Origin: Trichoplax sp. H2
Taxonomy: Eukaryota
DNA length: 64,000 nucleotides
Assembly: GCA_003344405.1 (NCBI GenBank)
Contig: NOWV01000211.1
Coordinates: 1-64,000 of the forward strand
Reading direction: 5' to 3'
This document shows positions 53,401-64,000 of the stretch, one piece after another. The notes beneath the pieces are model-generated. The model had not been told where the DNA came from. It made no database searches and saw nothing but the letters and a program-made list of their open reading frames with translations. The position numbers and the translations under genes were made by a program. The number at the start of each line of letters is the position of its first letter. The first letter of the stretch is position 1.

Positions 53401-55261
53401 TCACATCGGTTGCAGGGTGTAGACATGATGATTCTGCTGATTACCACCTAGTAAAATGGGAGACTGAAGTAATCGTACCTGCCCGCGTTGTTTAGACAGT
53501 TGAAAAGGAGAACAGCCTTGTCAAATTATCATGTCAAATAAAGGTACGGCTACAACCGTCATGAGCAATTCGTTTCTTCCTGTGTTTGGAAAAGAACCTT
53601 GTACAGTATAGTGAACTATTTCTGTGTTTAGAAAGAACCTTGTACAGTACAGTGACTTAATGATTGTGATTCTAAGTAACGTTCTTCGATCAACGTTTGA
53701 GCCAACGATTATCAATTATCAGTATACATTGTACATACTCGTCAATAGAGGAAATAGATGATTGATTTGTATGCCACCAATCAAAGTCAAATAAATAAAA
53801 TTATGTAAAATTGTACAGCAGCTCTTCATCAATATAAAGCAGTTAGTGCACATTTTTGGGAGAAGGTAAACAATACCTACCTTCCACCTCCTCTATGGTT
53901 ACTCGACTTACGCTATATCAGTAGCTGTTGTACTATGGAACAAAATAGCGATTATGTCCATTATTATACTGGTCATTATTAAGGAGGAAAAAGATTGATT
54001 TTGGGGATCCATGATTATTCAAGAGGTAAATACTTGTGTGTAATAAGTTACCAGCATGTATACCATTGCGGTATAAAAGTGAAGTATAGCTAGTAGAGAT
54101 TGTAACATTGATTCATGAATTCATTGAAGACCAGCGATTTGAAGCATGGAGAAAATGGCCATCGCTATGATTTCAACTAGACTGGACGAAATTGAATACA
54201 ACACTGCATACAAGTTTGCCAATATGGTAAGTATGTACCTTGGTATCGTGATAGCTAATGATCAGTCCACTGCCTAGACGGAACTGTCCATGATCATCGG
54301 CTGGAATAGTCCAGTGCCTAGACGAATCATTGACTACCATGTAAAATCTGGACATAAAGAGTCTATTGTAAGCTTTTATCGACAATTGTCCAAAGCTGAA
54401 TTCCATCTACGTCGATAGTCTGCAGTGGAAGTAAACGAAAATGCAATGCCTATCAGACGTCCTTGTCAAATGAATGTTAACGAGCGGCAATACTATCAAA
54501 TTTGTAAGATCACGTCTGATCAGCCATTGATGCAATCGTGGCATGATCACCATGAAAATGGTTGCTTTGATTAGTTTATTTGTAAGATACCAAGGTTCAA
54601 TTGACTTGCAAGAGTCGCACAAATATGTTATCTCTTCACTGGTATGCAGGACTGTCCATGTCACGGCGTTGATCGTATCTGTCGTAGTGACACACAACAA
54701 CAACTATCATGGAGGAAGAAAGCAGAGGGATGAAAGAAAAGGGAGTACAGTATGATTGGGCTGCCTGTTGTCGATTGTGTACCTATCCAGTATATCGGAT
54801 CTACAAGATCGACGAGTAGTGTCCGATTTACACTAGGACATGTATCACAATCGCTATACAGGTCCATGTTATGAGTACCTCTAGGTTGTATAACCACTGA
54901 TCAATCGAGTACTGCCATTCGCAAAGGATGCAGCGAAAAGGTGAATCAATCAATACCTTGTGGGTGTTTCTGCATTTTGATATTGAAATCATGCAAATGA
55001 CCATCGCGGCACAAAAGTCACTTTAATATCATCGTCTTACAGTGAGAGCCTAGTCAACATCGATCAATGGTGCTATACTGTATTCTAGTGTACATACTTT
55101 TGTAATGGCCGACTCTTCATTCTATAAGAACCATCGCCTATGTAGTTTTCTAATTTGGCAGCGGATTGTGCCGATATTGGCTGCGGCTTGTGTCGGGCTT
55201 GATGATGCTGGCGATCGTCAGCAACATTGACGTCAACACCAGCATCCGATGTTGAATCCAT
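50417..55261 (-). CDS. MITF: MiT/TFE family bHLH-ZIP transcription factor (MITF/TFEB/TFE3/TFEC ortholog), ~479 aa, 11 exons
   Basis: Exons (minus): 55261-55098, 52838-52592, 52439-52239, 52010-51979, 51849-51789, 51720-51664, 51558-51498, 51332-51270, 51152-51080, 50977-50830, 50749-50417. b[39 protein letters not shown]...[19 protein letters not shown]...[23 protein letters not shown]. Also present are [30 protein letters not shown] and C-terminal SSRRSSL. Confidence 0.95.
53577..53657. repeat. Two-copy ~40-bp tandem duplication in MITF intron 1
   Basis: CTGTGTTT.G.AAAGAACCTTGTACAGTA.AGTGA occurs twice. Confidence 0.8.
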
Positions 55262-55669
55262 CTTGTTTGGGGGGGGGGGGGTTTTGCAATTCCTGACTGC
55301 TGACTAGGTCCAATTCAATCAGAATATTGGTGTAATAATCAAAGTGAAGGCGTTGATGTCCAATACTACGCAATCAAGCGATGGAGAAGGCAAAACTGCC
55401 CTGCAAAAATCATCCAAGTGGAGTCAAGCGCAACGACCGCTGCTGGTTTAGTGCATCAACATTCAACGTCTTTCTCTACTACTGAGTTATATAGTATTGC
55501 GCTACTTGTCTTGTACAGTACAACAGTATGGCGATGGCAATAGCGTCCTTTCGTCGCTCTTTCTACCCCCCTTCCCCGGTGGGTATTTCTGACCAGGGTG
55601 AGTGGCCCAGTCAACTTGGCCTACAGTGCAAGTCCTTTGACTCCTGGATATGGCGGTGACGCAATTGTG

Positions 55670-56480
55670 CCTACAGTACTGTACGCTTCAAGCGGAAAGC
55701 GTACCGGTATGGTTGAAACACCAGCATCGATTGCGTCACGCAACGTCACGTGAGTCCCACGAAGGAGCCGTGGGACAGTGTTCAGTACTGTACAGTAAAG
55801 CAAAATGGACTACTGTACTGTACAGTACGACTGCATACTACAGTACTGTACAGTACATACTGTACTGTAGAGTTCATTATCAAATTAGGCTACGGTGCGG
55901 ATCGGCATCGTACCGTACAGTACTGGACCCAAGCGGTACTAAATGGTACCGATGCGATACCAACGATACTACAGACTACAGTTAGTGTATGATCACCAGG
56001 TCATCCGGTGTTCCGTCTGTACGTACAATCCAGTCGTTAAAGGGATGATTATTTTTGTCTCTTTAACTTGAGTGGTCTACTGTACATCAATCAATTAATT
56101 CTAACAATTATTACGGACCTTCAGGCTCTCGCACTGTACCATGGACTGCTAAAAATAACTATCTAGTCATTATGAATTCTATAGTAGCTGTTATCACGTA
56201 GTTAAGATATTTAGCGTGCACATGATTTTACTCCTCGATGATATCGAATGGAATCCACCCTAATCCGATATCGACACTATTCTACAGTATGCTGTACACT
56301 GGTAAGTACTGTACACTGTACAGTACAGTGTACTGTACAGTACGATTTCTACCATACTGTACAGTACTGTACTGTACACTGTACGTATAGTACTGTAATA
56401 ATGTACTGTAGAATACCGTACTGTACAGTACTGTACTGTACTGTATAGAGGTAAAAAAACCGCTATGGTACAGTACTGAA
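55670..56480. repeat. CAGTA/TACTG-rich low-complexity cluster in the MITF-INTS13 divergent intergenic region
   Basis: Long runs such as GTACTGTACACTGTACAGTACAGTGTACTGTACAG at 56280-56450. These generate the YCTV/VQYST ORF artefacts. Confidence 0.88.
55745..55754. promoter_or_regulatory. CLEAR-like E-box GTCACGTGAG upstream of the MiT/TFE gene
   Basis: 9/10 match to the CLEAR consensus GTCACGTGAC, about 480 bp upstream of the MITF-like ATG in a GC-richer promoter region. Confidence 0.5.
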
Positions 56481-56882
56481 CAAGTGAACATTCAATAGTG
56501 GCTGAGCTGATCACCCTCAGACAGATGGACTCTATCGATTTCTTACCAAATAAGGTCCGCAGTATGGAAAAATACTGACTTAGTATGGATCTTCTTGTCT
56601 ACTTTCTAAATGACTGGTACAGTGGTACTCATTGAAATAGAACATCAACGATCTTCTATAACTGTTTGCAAGCAGAATTGAGTAAAAGGCAATAAGATTC
56701 CACATCATATTGCGTCGTTGAGAAACAATCAGTTCATTTTAAATCGACCGATTACATACTCAAGTACTGTCATAATGAAGTGTTTGAGCTGAAAAGATCT
56801 ATCCTTCCATCTGTGATTCCACTTGATCCAAACTTGCTCATCCAGTAGTCAACGACTATTGGAAAAAATATACTAGCTTTAG

Positions 56883-58175
56883 TGCAGGTTCAACGTCTGT
56901 CTGTCCGAAGAGGTTTCCAGTCCAGGGATTCTTTCTAGTACAGTACTGTATACTGTAGTACTGTACAGTGTACAGTACTACAGTACGGTACAGTAGTCTA
57001 CTGTACAGTTTGCCATACTGTACTGTAGCCAAGTCGCAGAGGTTCGGCGTCTGTCCGTCCGAAAGAAGTTTCCAGACCAGGGATTCTATCTGGTACTGTA
57101 CTGTACTGTACTGTACACTGTACAGTACTACTGTATAGCCAAGTCGCAGAAATTCAAAGTCTGTCCGTCCGAAGAAGATTCCAGTCCAGGGATTCTTTGT
57201 GGTACAGCAGTCTATACAGTATCCCTATACTCTACTATAGCCAAGTCGCAGAGGTTCGACGTCTGTCCGTCCGAAGAAGTTTCTAGTCTAGGGATTCTTT
57301 CTAGTACGGTAGTCTACTGTACTGTACACTCTATAGTATGGGCAGAGGGGCAACGTCTGTCCGTCTGAAGAAGTTTCCATTCCTGGGATCTTTTCTAGTA
57401 CAGTACTGTATAGTGGTCTACAGTATGCGCAGAGGCTCGACGTCTGTCCGTTCGAAGAAGTTGCCTGTCCACTGTCCAGGGATTCTTTCTAGTACAGTAG
57501 TCACTCACAGTGACTCACTAGTCAGTAATCTACAGTAGGCGCAGAGGTTCGGCGTCTGTCCATCCGAAGGAGTTTTTTAGTCCAGGGATTCTTTCTAGTA
57601 CAGTACAGTAGTCTATAGTATGCCATACTGTATCGTAGCCAAGTCGCAGAATTTCAATGTCTGTCCGTCAGAAGAAGTTTCCAGTCCAGGGATTCTTTCT
57701 AGTGCAGTAGTCTACAGCATGCGCAGAGGTGGAACGTCTGTCCATCTTAAGAAGTTTCCAGTCCTGGGATTTTTTCTAGCGTACAGTAGTCTGCACTCTA
57801 CAGTATGCGCAGAGGTTCGACGCCTGTCCGTCCGAAGAAGTTTCCTGTCCAGGGAATCTTTCTAGTACAGTAGTCTTCAGTATGCGCAGCGGTTCGGCGT
57901 CTGTCCGTCCGAAGGAGTTTTTAATCCAGGGATTCTTTGTGGTACAGTACAGCAGTCTACAGTATCCCTATACTCTACAGTACTATAGCCAAGTCGCAGA
58001 ATTTCGATGTCTGTCCGTCCGAAGAAGTTGCAGTCCAGGGATTCTTTCTAGTACAGTAGTCTACAGTATGCGCGGAGGTTCGACGTCTGTCCATCCGAAG
58101 AAGTTTCTTGTCCTGGGATTCTTTCTAGTACAGTACTGTAGTCTACAGTATGTTATACTGTAGCCAAGTCGCAGG
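56883..58175. repeat. 13-unit array: conserved ~60-bp core separated by variable CAGTA-derived linkers
   Basis: The core GCAGAGGTTCGACGTCTGTCCGTCCGAAGAAGTTTCCAGTCCAGGGATTCTTTCTAGTACAG starts at about 56883, 57036, 57146, 57248, 57342, 57429, 57541, 57646, 57723, 57809, 57886, 57996 and 58072. Confidence 0.95.
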
Positions 58176-58645
58176 CATCAATGAATTCAGCTTGCTTCAC
58201 GCGACTGTCTCTAGCCCAGTCTTAGTTACTATACACCGAATATTGTATCAGGCACTTGGAACAAGACTTCCAGTCCAGTACAGTACTGTATACTGTACTA
58301 CGCTACAGTACTTACACTGTACCGTACTGAACACAAACACTGGACTGGCTCAGATTGTTGGCGTCTCAGCTCTGTCTGTCGGTCCTTCTTCGGCGATACT
58401 GCTACCGAGGCGAACGAGCAGAAGGAAAAGGCCAAAGATTCAAATTAATAAACGCTGTCAGTGACAAAACTCATACAGGAATATGAGCAAGGAATGATCA
58501 AGTAAGAAAGATCGATATTGAAATTCTGATGTTGTTGACTGAGCAATAGCATCCACTGACTATGATAGCAGACTCTTTATTGAAGTATAGCATCAACTAT
58601 CCTTGAACTTGCAGGTTGAATGGTGGTGTAATCCATTGAAGAAGA

Positions 58646-61600
58646 ATGCAGAATACAGCAATTGCCGGCAGAAGTGTTTTATTATTACATAGCTGCCAGG
58701 AATTAGATAAAGGCTGCGGTGATATTCATGAAATTGACAATGGTTAGCTGTATTCACTTTGCATTGAATTTGATCTATTCTACCTACAAACTTGAAACTA
58801 TATAGAATGAGTGGACGATGGTAAACACACTAAAACACCAACGTTACTGTCTACCTGCTGATAGATGGATGGGGTAGACGTATTCATGAAGTAACCCATT
58901 CCTATTATTATTGCATGGAAATAAGTGTAAAAGAACATCACACTGTACACTACACCACATTAAGCTAGCTTGAGAATAGTATCATATCTTGTACTCGAAT
59001 TTAGTACGGTAGTCTGCCACTAGATCACGAGTGGTCTAAGTTGCATACTTAGATAGCAGGAACGGACAGGAATGGAGCGATGCACTACAACATTTTACAT
59101 GCTATCCATCGCAAAGCATCTATAAAATTGATAGTGACAATGTCAAATAATCGATTTAGATACAATATGATTCATCTATTGAGCCATTGGTAGTCTAAAT
59201 TGTGGACATGATCAAGCGACACCATGCACTATCTTATAATGTAGATTGTTGTGATGATATTGTTGGCCTATCAATTAAGCATCTACACAGAAAGACTAAA
59301 AGATAACACTAGGCCAATAAAGACGAACTATCAACACATGCTTATATACGTATATGCAATAATATTAGGTAAAGGAAACACATTCAAATTGGAGAAATCT
59401 TTATGGACCTGTGCCACTGAAGGAGCGATCGAATACTTTCGTATCGCATTTGATATCTATTCTACCAAATATCCGGTGCGTAGACAGATCTCTACATCTT
59501 CTTTTTAATTTAAGAGGCTACTTTGAAATTGTTTGATCAAATTGCAAAAGTAATCAATCACACACTCTATAAATTAGCTGTTAATAATACCTTGTTAGTA
59601 TTTAGCTATAGCAATGACAAATGAGCTGAGCTGTCAAACACTGTCAATACCGTCTTTCTCCTATGAGGCTACAAGACAACTTGGAATTCGTTAAAACTAC
59701 GTTGGTTGTATCTTTAACTGGTATAATATTTGTGTCTTAATAGATTCTAATTAAAGTTATCGGAAATAAATCAAAAACTTTCGATGCCATGGATAACAAT
59801 TTGGGCCGAAGTAGTATCATGAAGGTATTTTTCTTTCTAGGCAGTCCCGATAATTAATGTATCATAGCTGCTTATTCTTATGTTCAACTAAGCTCAACTA
59901 TATGCTCATTTTTGAATGAAACTTGTCACCTTTTCAAATGGAAATTGACTTGCTACCTTACTGTCCATCTTTGTACAATATACAGTGCATGTGGTGACTT
60001 AGAAGCTCTTATGATAAAGTAAAGTTAAACACATATACTAAATAAATGTTAGGTCTTAGCAATAATTCAAAGGGTCATCATCTTAACAATATAGTATGAT
60101 CAAATCAGGCATTTAAATTAAAATTTGAATAATCTGTATCAATTTTCATGTACACAAATTGTACCCGTATACCTGGTAATAATTCATTCTTGATTCCTAA
60201 ACATAATGACAACAGTTGTATGAGAATTTCGCCAACGTTCGCTATAGTAGCAATACTGAAAGCCAATTTGATAGTCATGATCTCCAAGCTGCTCTTACTG
60301 AATCCATCCATGAATTCTCTAAGCCTCTATCAACATCATATGATAAATATTCCCGTGACAATGGTGTTCGTAGAATTATTTGCATCTCGTCCTACAAAAG
60401 GTAATTAACATACTTTTTTACCACTATCTTCATATCTACTCTGTAGTAGTATGTTTGGCAACTATATTATAATCATAACTTTGAAATGGTTCTAAATGAG
60501 TAGTATTCGTAACTGATGAAGAACGCTAATATCTATTTCTTTTGCTATCATGTATAATTTAGCACTATGGTCATTAAGTCATTCATTGCAGACATTATCA
60601 AAGCTGTTGAGGACATTAACACGATGTCTACGCACGAGTAAGTTGTTGAGTATTTTAGTCCATGCAATCAATTTTCATGGCTTAATGCGTATGATATTTA
60701 TAACGTTTACATACAGCATTATCAACATCAAATTTCTGGATGTAGTCTTTGTACATTTGCAACCGGTTTATGCTGATATCACCTCTCAACTGGAACAATC
60801 ACTCGGAATCGACAAACTAGTAAGTCTCTGTGCGGTTTTTCAATGACAAGAGTGCGATAATTGCTTTCATACTATTGTAATAACTTCTTAATGACGCTTA
60901 GGCTTTATCGTGTTATCACTTAATTGGAATATGTAGAAGTAGCGCTATTTAGTATTACAATATGGTCTTGCTACATCTTTTTTTTTAAATTCTCCCTTCA
61001 TTTTAATGGATTTTATATCCTATACTTTGCAGTAACTGGGTGTACAACCTTAGCCATACTTTCAAATTATACTCGTATTACCCAAGTTTGCAATGTTAAC
61101 TGTATCTATTCATGTTAGGTACATTCGCGAATTCGAATTAGTGTTTATGCCATTTCTGGTCCGGAAATGATCGAAAAAATGAACATCATGTCACAATTAC
61201 ATTATGATCTCAAAATTACCACCGTCACTGGCATACCAATGAAGGTAACCCAAACGATTGATTTCATTAGGTCCTCTCTAATTAGATCAGATCTACGGTA
61301 AAACCTCTTTAACTCAGAAAATCACTTTTCTGTAATAGGAAGAGCAAAGTACTGGAACTTCATCAAATTATGATGTTCAATTACTACATCCCTCCGCAAT
61401 TCATGACAGCCTACAGACATCTTCTGAAGATTACGGTAACTTCTATAGTTTGACAACGATAGATGGTTTTTATTTATTCTAGATATTTTTCTGTGACAAT
61501 GATACATCTCTTTCTTAGATGTTGTAGACCCTTTTACTCTGAAAAGGAATAACAAAGCTTCAGTTGTCTTAAAATGGTGTACACCCAAACAAGCATCTAA

Positions 61601-63947
61601 TCCACGTAGGTCATATATATATCCGTGGTTTATATTTTCTGTTATTAATCCGTCAGCTACGTTTATTACAGTTTCGGAATCACAATTTTGTACTAGCATG
61701 AGCCGTATTACACCTGTTGAGGTAATCAATTAAGCGATAAAGTGTTATGTCTTCATACCATGCTCAATTTACAAGCTAACGTTCATAATAAATTTATTGA
61801 TGCACTATCAGCCAAGCAGTCGACCTACCATTTGCTTAATGAATTTCCTTCTTTCGGGTAATATTTCGCTTCTTCTTGGCTTCATATAGATTGACTTTAA
61901 ACGTCATCGCAACATCTATTTGTGAATAGAGTTGCTCATTTTACATAATCACAAAGATTTATTACAGTAAATGCTAATTGTTTCTTCTTGAATCTAGGAC
62001 GTACTGTTGCTTTGGAGCAACCGAAAAAAACCAGCCATAAATCTGTTATATCTCATCTCTTAGTAGGCCATAAAAGACTAGATGATTGCGACAGTGAAGG
62101 TATATTATCGTTTATAATTAGCCTCAACTTTGAATAGAATCCATATTTTCTTACCATGAACACAATTTTGTTCGTCAAGGTGATATATTTGTTCATACGT
62201 TATCAATATCTCGCTCGCCTCTGGAGGATCCTCCTTCAATCAGCGAAGGTTCTGGTGGCCGAGTAACGGACTACAGAATTAATGTTAGTAGAACTTAATT
62301 ATCTACTAGTCTCATCATAGAGAGTTTGGCTACAGTTTCCGTTCAATCTTCTTCAGGATTTTGGTGAACTTATGAAAGACTGTCGCTTAGCACCTATAAC
62401 TCAGAATAAGTCTACGGAAATCTTGCCGATTGACGCTGGTAGCAATATACGATTTAATCTTCTTTATTGCTTTATCGTAACGAAATAGTAACATTATATA
62501 GGAATTAACTGTGTGTTCTAAATTATCGTCTTTGATCATATTTTATATCAACTTTGTACAGCTCTGGATTGTATGGATAGATTTACTCGATACTGGCCGA
62601 TGACAATGAGTAATTCCACTATGTTTGGCACTGAATGGACAAATGTAATAAACATAAATTCTATCAATGGTATCTAAATGATATCAATGAAGAAATCATT
62701 AATGTAGTTGTTATTATGATAGGAACTCGATCGGCTTCCAGAATATTTATGTTGGAAGAAATTAGATGAAGAAACCGTAGATGAGTGTATAAAGGTGCTA
62801 ATTCTCGTACACAAATACGATATGACAGCGCAACTCTCTTCTGTTATTGGAAAACCAATAGCTACCTTCTAATTTTACTCTAGATTCTAACAGAATTATC
62901 GGATAAGACCAGTATGAATGAAAACCGCAGTTCATATTACGGAGGTTCAAGAACTAAAGGAACTAAACGGTATTTAAGTTTCTTCAATACATCATAATTG
63001 TATAGCCTACACTAGTAATATCTATTCGAGTCCTTTTTTAGAGAAGAGCAATCTCGACAGCTGTTGAACGAATTAGAATCTGTACTAGAATTGCAGAGTT
63101 CTAATTCTGCTATGCACTACAAAGTATGAGATAATACAATCGAATATAATAAATGATTCAGCCCTTAGATTGAATTAATATCGTGATCGTAACGTGAATA
63201 AATTTCGAAATGCGTAATATTTCAGATCTATAGCCACTTTCTGGATTTGAAAAGAGCAGCAAATTCCTCTTCGCCCGATAATTACATTCCTGAAGATAAT
63301 GGAGCTGTTGATGCCGGTATGATTCACGATAGCATTTGTTTTCGCTATAACTCTTAAATTCCTGGTTATCGCTTTGACCCTATTTAGATGCAAGTGTAGC
63401 CATGGATGTAGACGGCAAGGAAGCAACACAATTGTTAGTTTTTAATTCTTTAATTAAGTAAAGTTGCTTTTCTGTCGTTCATCTAATGTTTATAATCGTA
63501 AAAATTCCTGAAACATTAATCCAGAGATGATACACTTGAAGAACAACAAAATCAAGGAAATACTACACCTAATATATCTGTAGACAATCAATCTCCAATT
63601 AGAGAGGAAGATCCGCCAAGAAATGGGAACGAAAGTGACGATCACGAAATTCAACCGCTAAAGAAAGTGAAGGTTACAGGTAACCTGACGACTTCCATTA
63701 ATTTTATTAAAAAATTAGATACTTGTCTGTGAGTTACATAGTAGGTAATTTCGTTTTTACAGAAGCAGAAGAGAAACCAATGGAAGAACAAACAGATAAA
63801 AGAACACTTCTGTCGGCTTTTATGACCAAAAAATTATCCTTATATTCGCGTTCATTAGATTTTGAGGGGCGTACGAATGCTGAAGGCGATAATGCGGTAG
63901 AATTGTACGCATACATGAATCGAAATAAGAGAAAACCAGAGGAATAG
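58646..63947 (+). CDS. INTS13: Integrator complex subunit 13 (Asunder), 22 exons
   Basis: Exons: 58646-58742, 59369-59475, 59744-59824, 60216-60400, 60563-60637, 60717-60819, 61119-61244, 61339-61435, 61519-61605, 61672(or 61657)-61721, 61812-61857, 61998-62099, 62180-62283, 62357-62438, 62562-62644, 62723-62794, 62884-62969, 63042-63123, 63226-63316, 63388-63433, 63525-63679, 63763-63947. Diagnostic motifs: [85 protein letters not shown] and C-terminal DFEGR...ELY. A probable 5'UTR intron spans 58502-58614. Confidence 0.93.
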
Positions 63948-64000
63948 CTTCAGTTAAAAAAATTTAATTATTTAGCTTGCCTGTTTTTGTATAAAGTGAC

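Noticed and set aside
56883..58175. CRISPR array (repeat-spacer appearance)
   Set aside because: Repeats are ~60 bp and degenerate. Linkers are low-complexity, mutually related and highly variable in length. There are no cas genes, and the context is spliceosomal-intron animal genes.
55621..58464. ORF-track proteins rich in YCTV/VQYST or repeating SVRPKKF motifs (also 47428-47753)
   Set aside because: They are translations of the CAGTA microsatellite and the 60-bp array, with frames changing between units.
63388..63420. GC-donor micro-exon in INTS13 (GACG|gcaagg)
   Set aside because: Extending to the canonical GT donor after 63433 gives the phase needed for the next exon.

Overview
This is AT-rich, intron-dense animal genomic DNA with one 20-N assembly gap. 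The short introns, gene content and CAGTA/TACTG repeats suggest a placozoan such as Trichoplax, but that is inference. I reconstructed five multi-exon genes by hand from GT/AG (one GC/AG) boundaries and phase-consistent frames: a PLEKHG7-like DH-PH RhoGEF (+, 10362-24502), a divergent Wnt ligand (+, 37191-39304, first exon unresolved), a NET1/ARHGEF3-like RhoGEF (-, 46610-40149), a MiT/TFE bHLH-ZIP factor with an MITF-A-like first exon (-, 55261-50417) and INTS13/Asunder (+, 58646-63947). Gene names come from recalled motif similarity, not a database search. Non-coding structure includes two diverged tandem arrays in one 6.7-kb PLEKHG7 intron, a 13-unit repeat/variable-linker array in the MITF-INTS13 divergent promoter, promoter-proximal CAGTA/TACTG clusters and a three-copy dispersed element with a TATA box and a covarying terminal hairpin. 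The best leads are that element (candidate ncRNA), a candidate spliced 55-aa tail-anchored microprotein, the promoter array, and the Wnt-ARHGEF3/NET1-MITF linkage. No novel system can be established from sequence alone.
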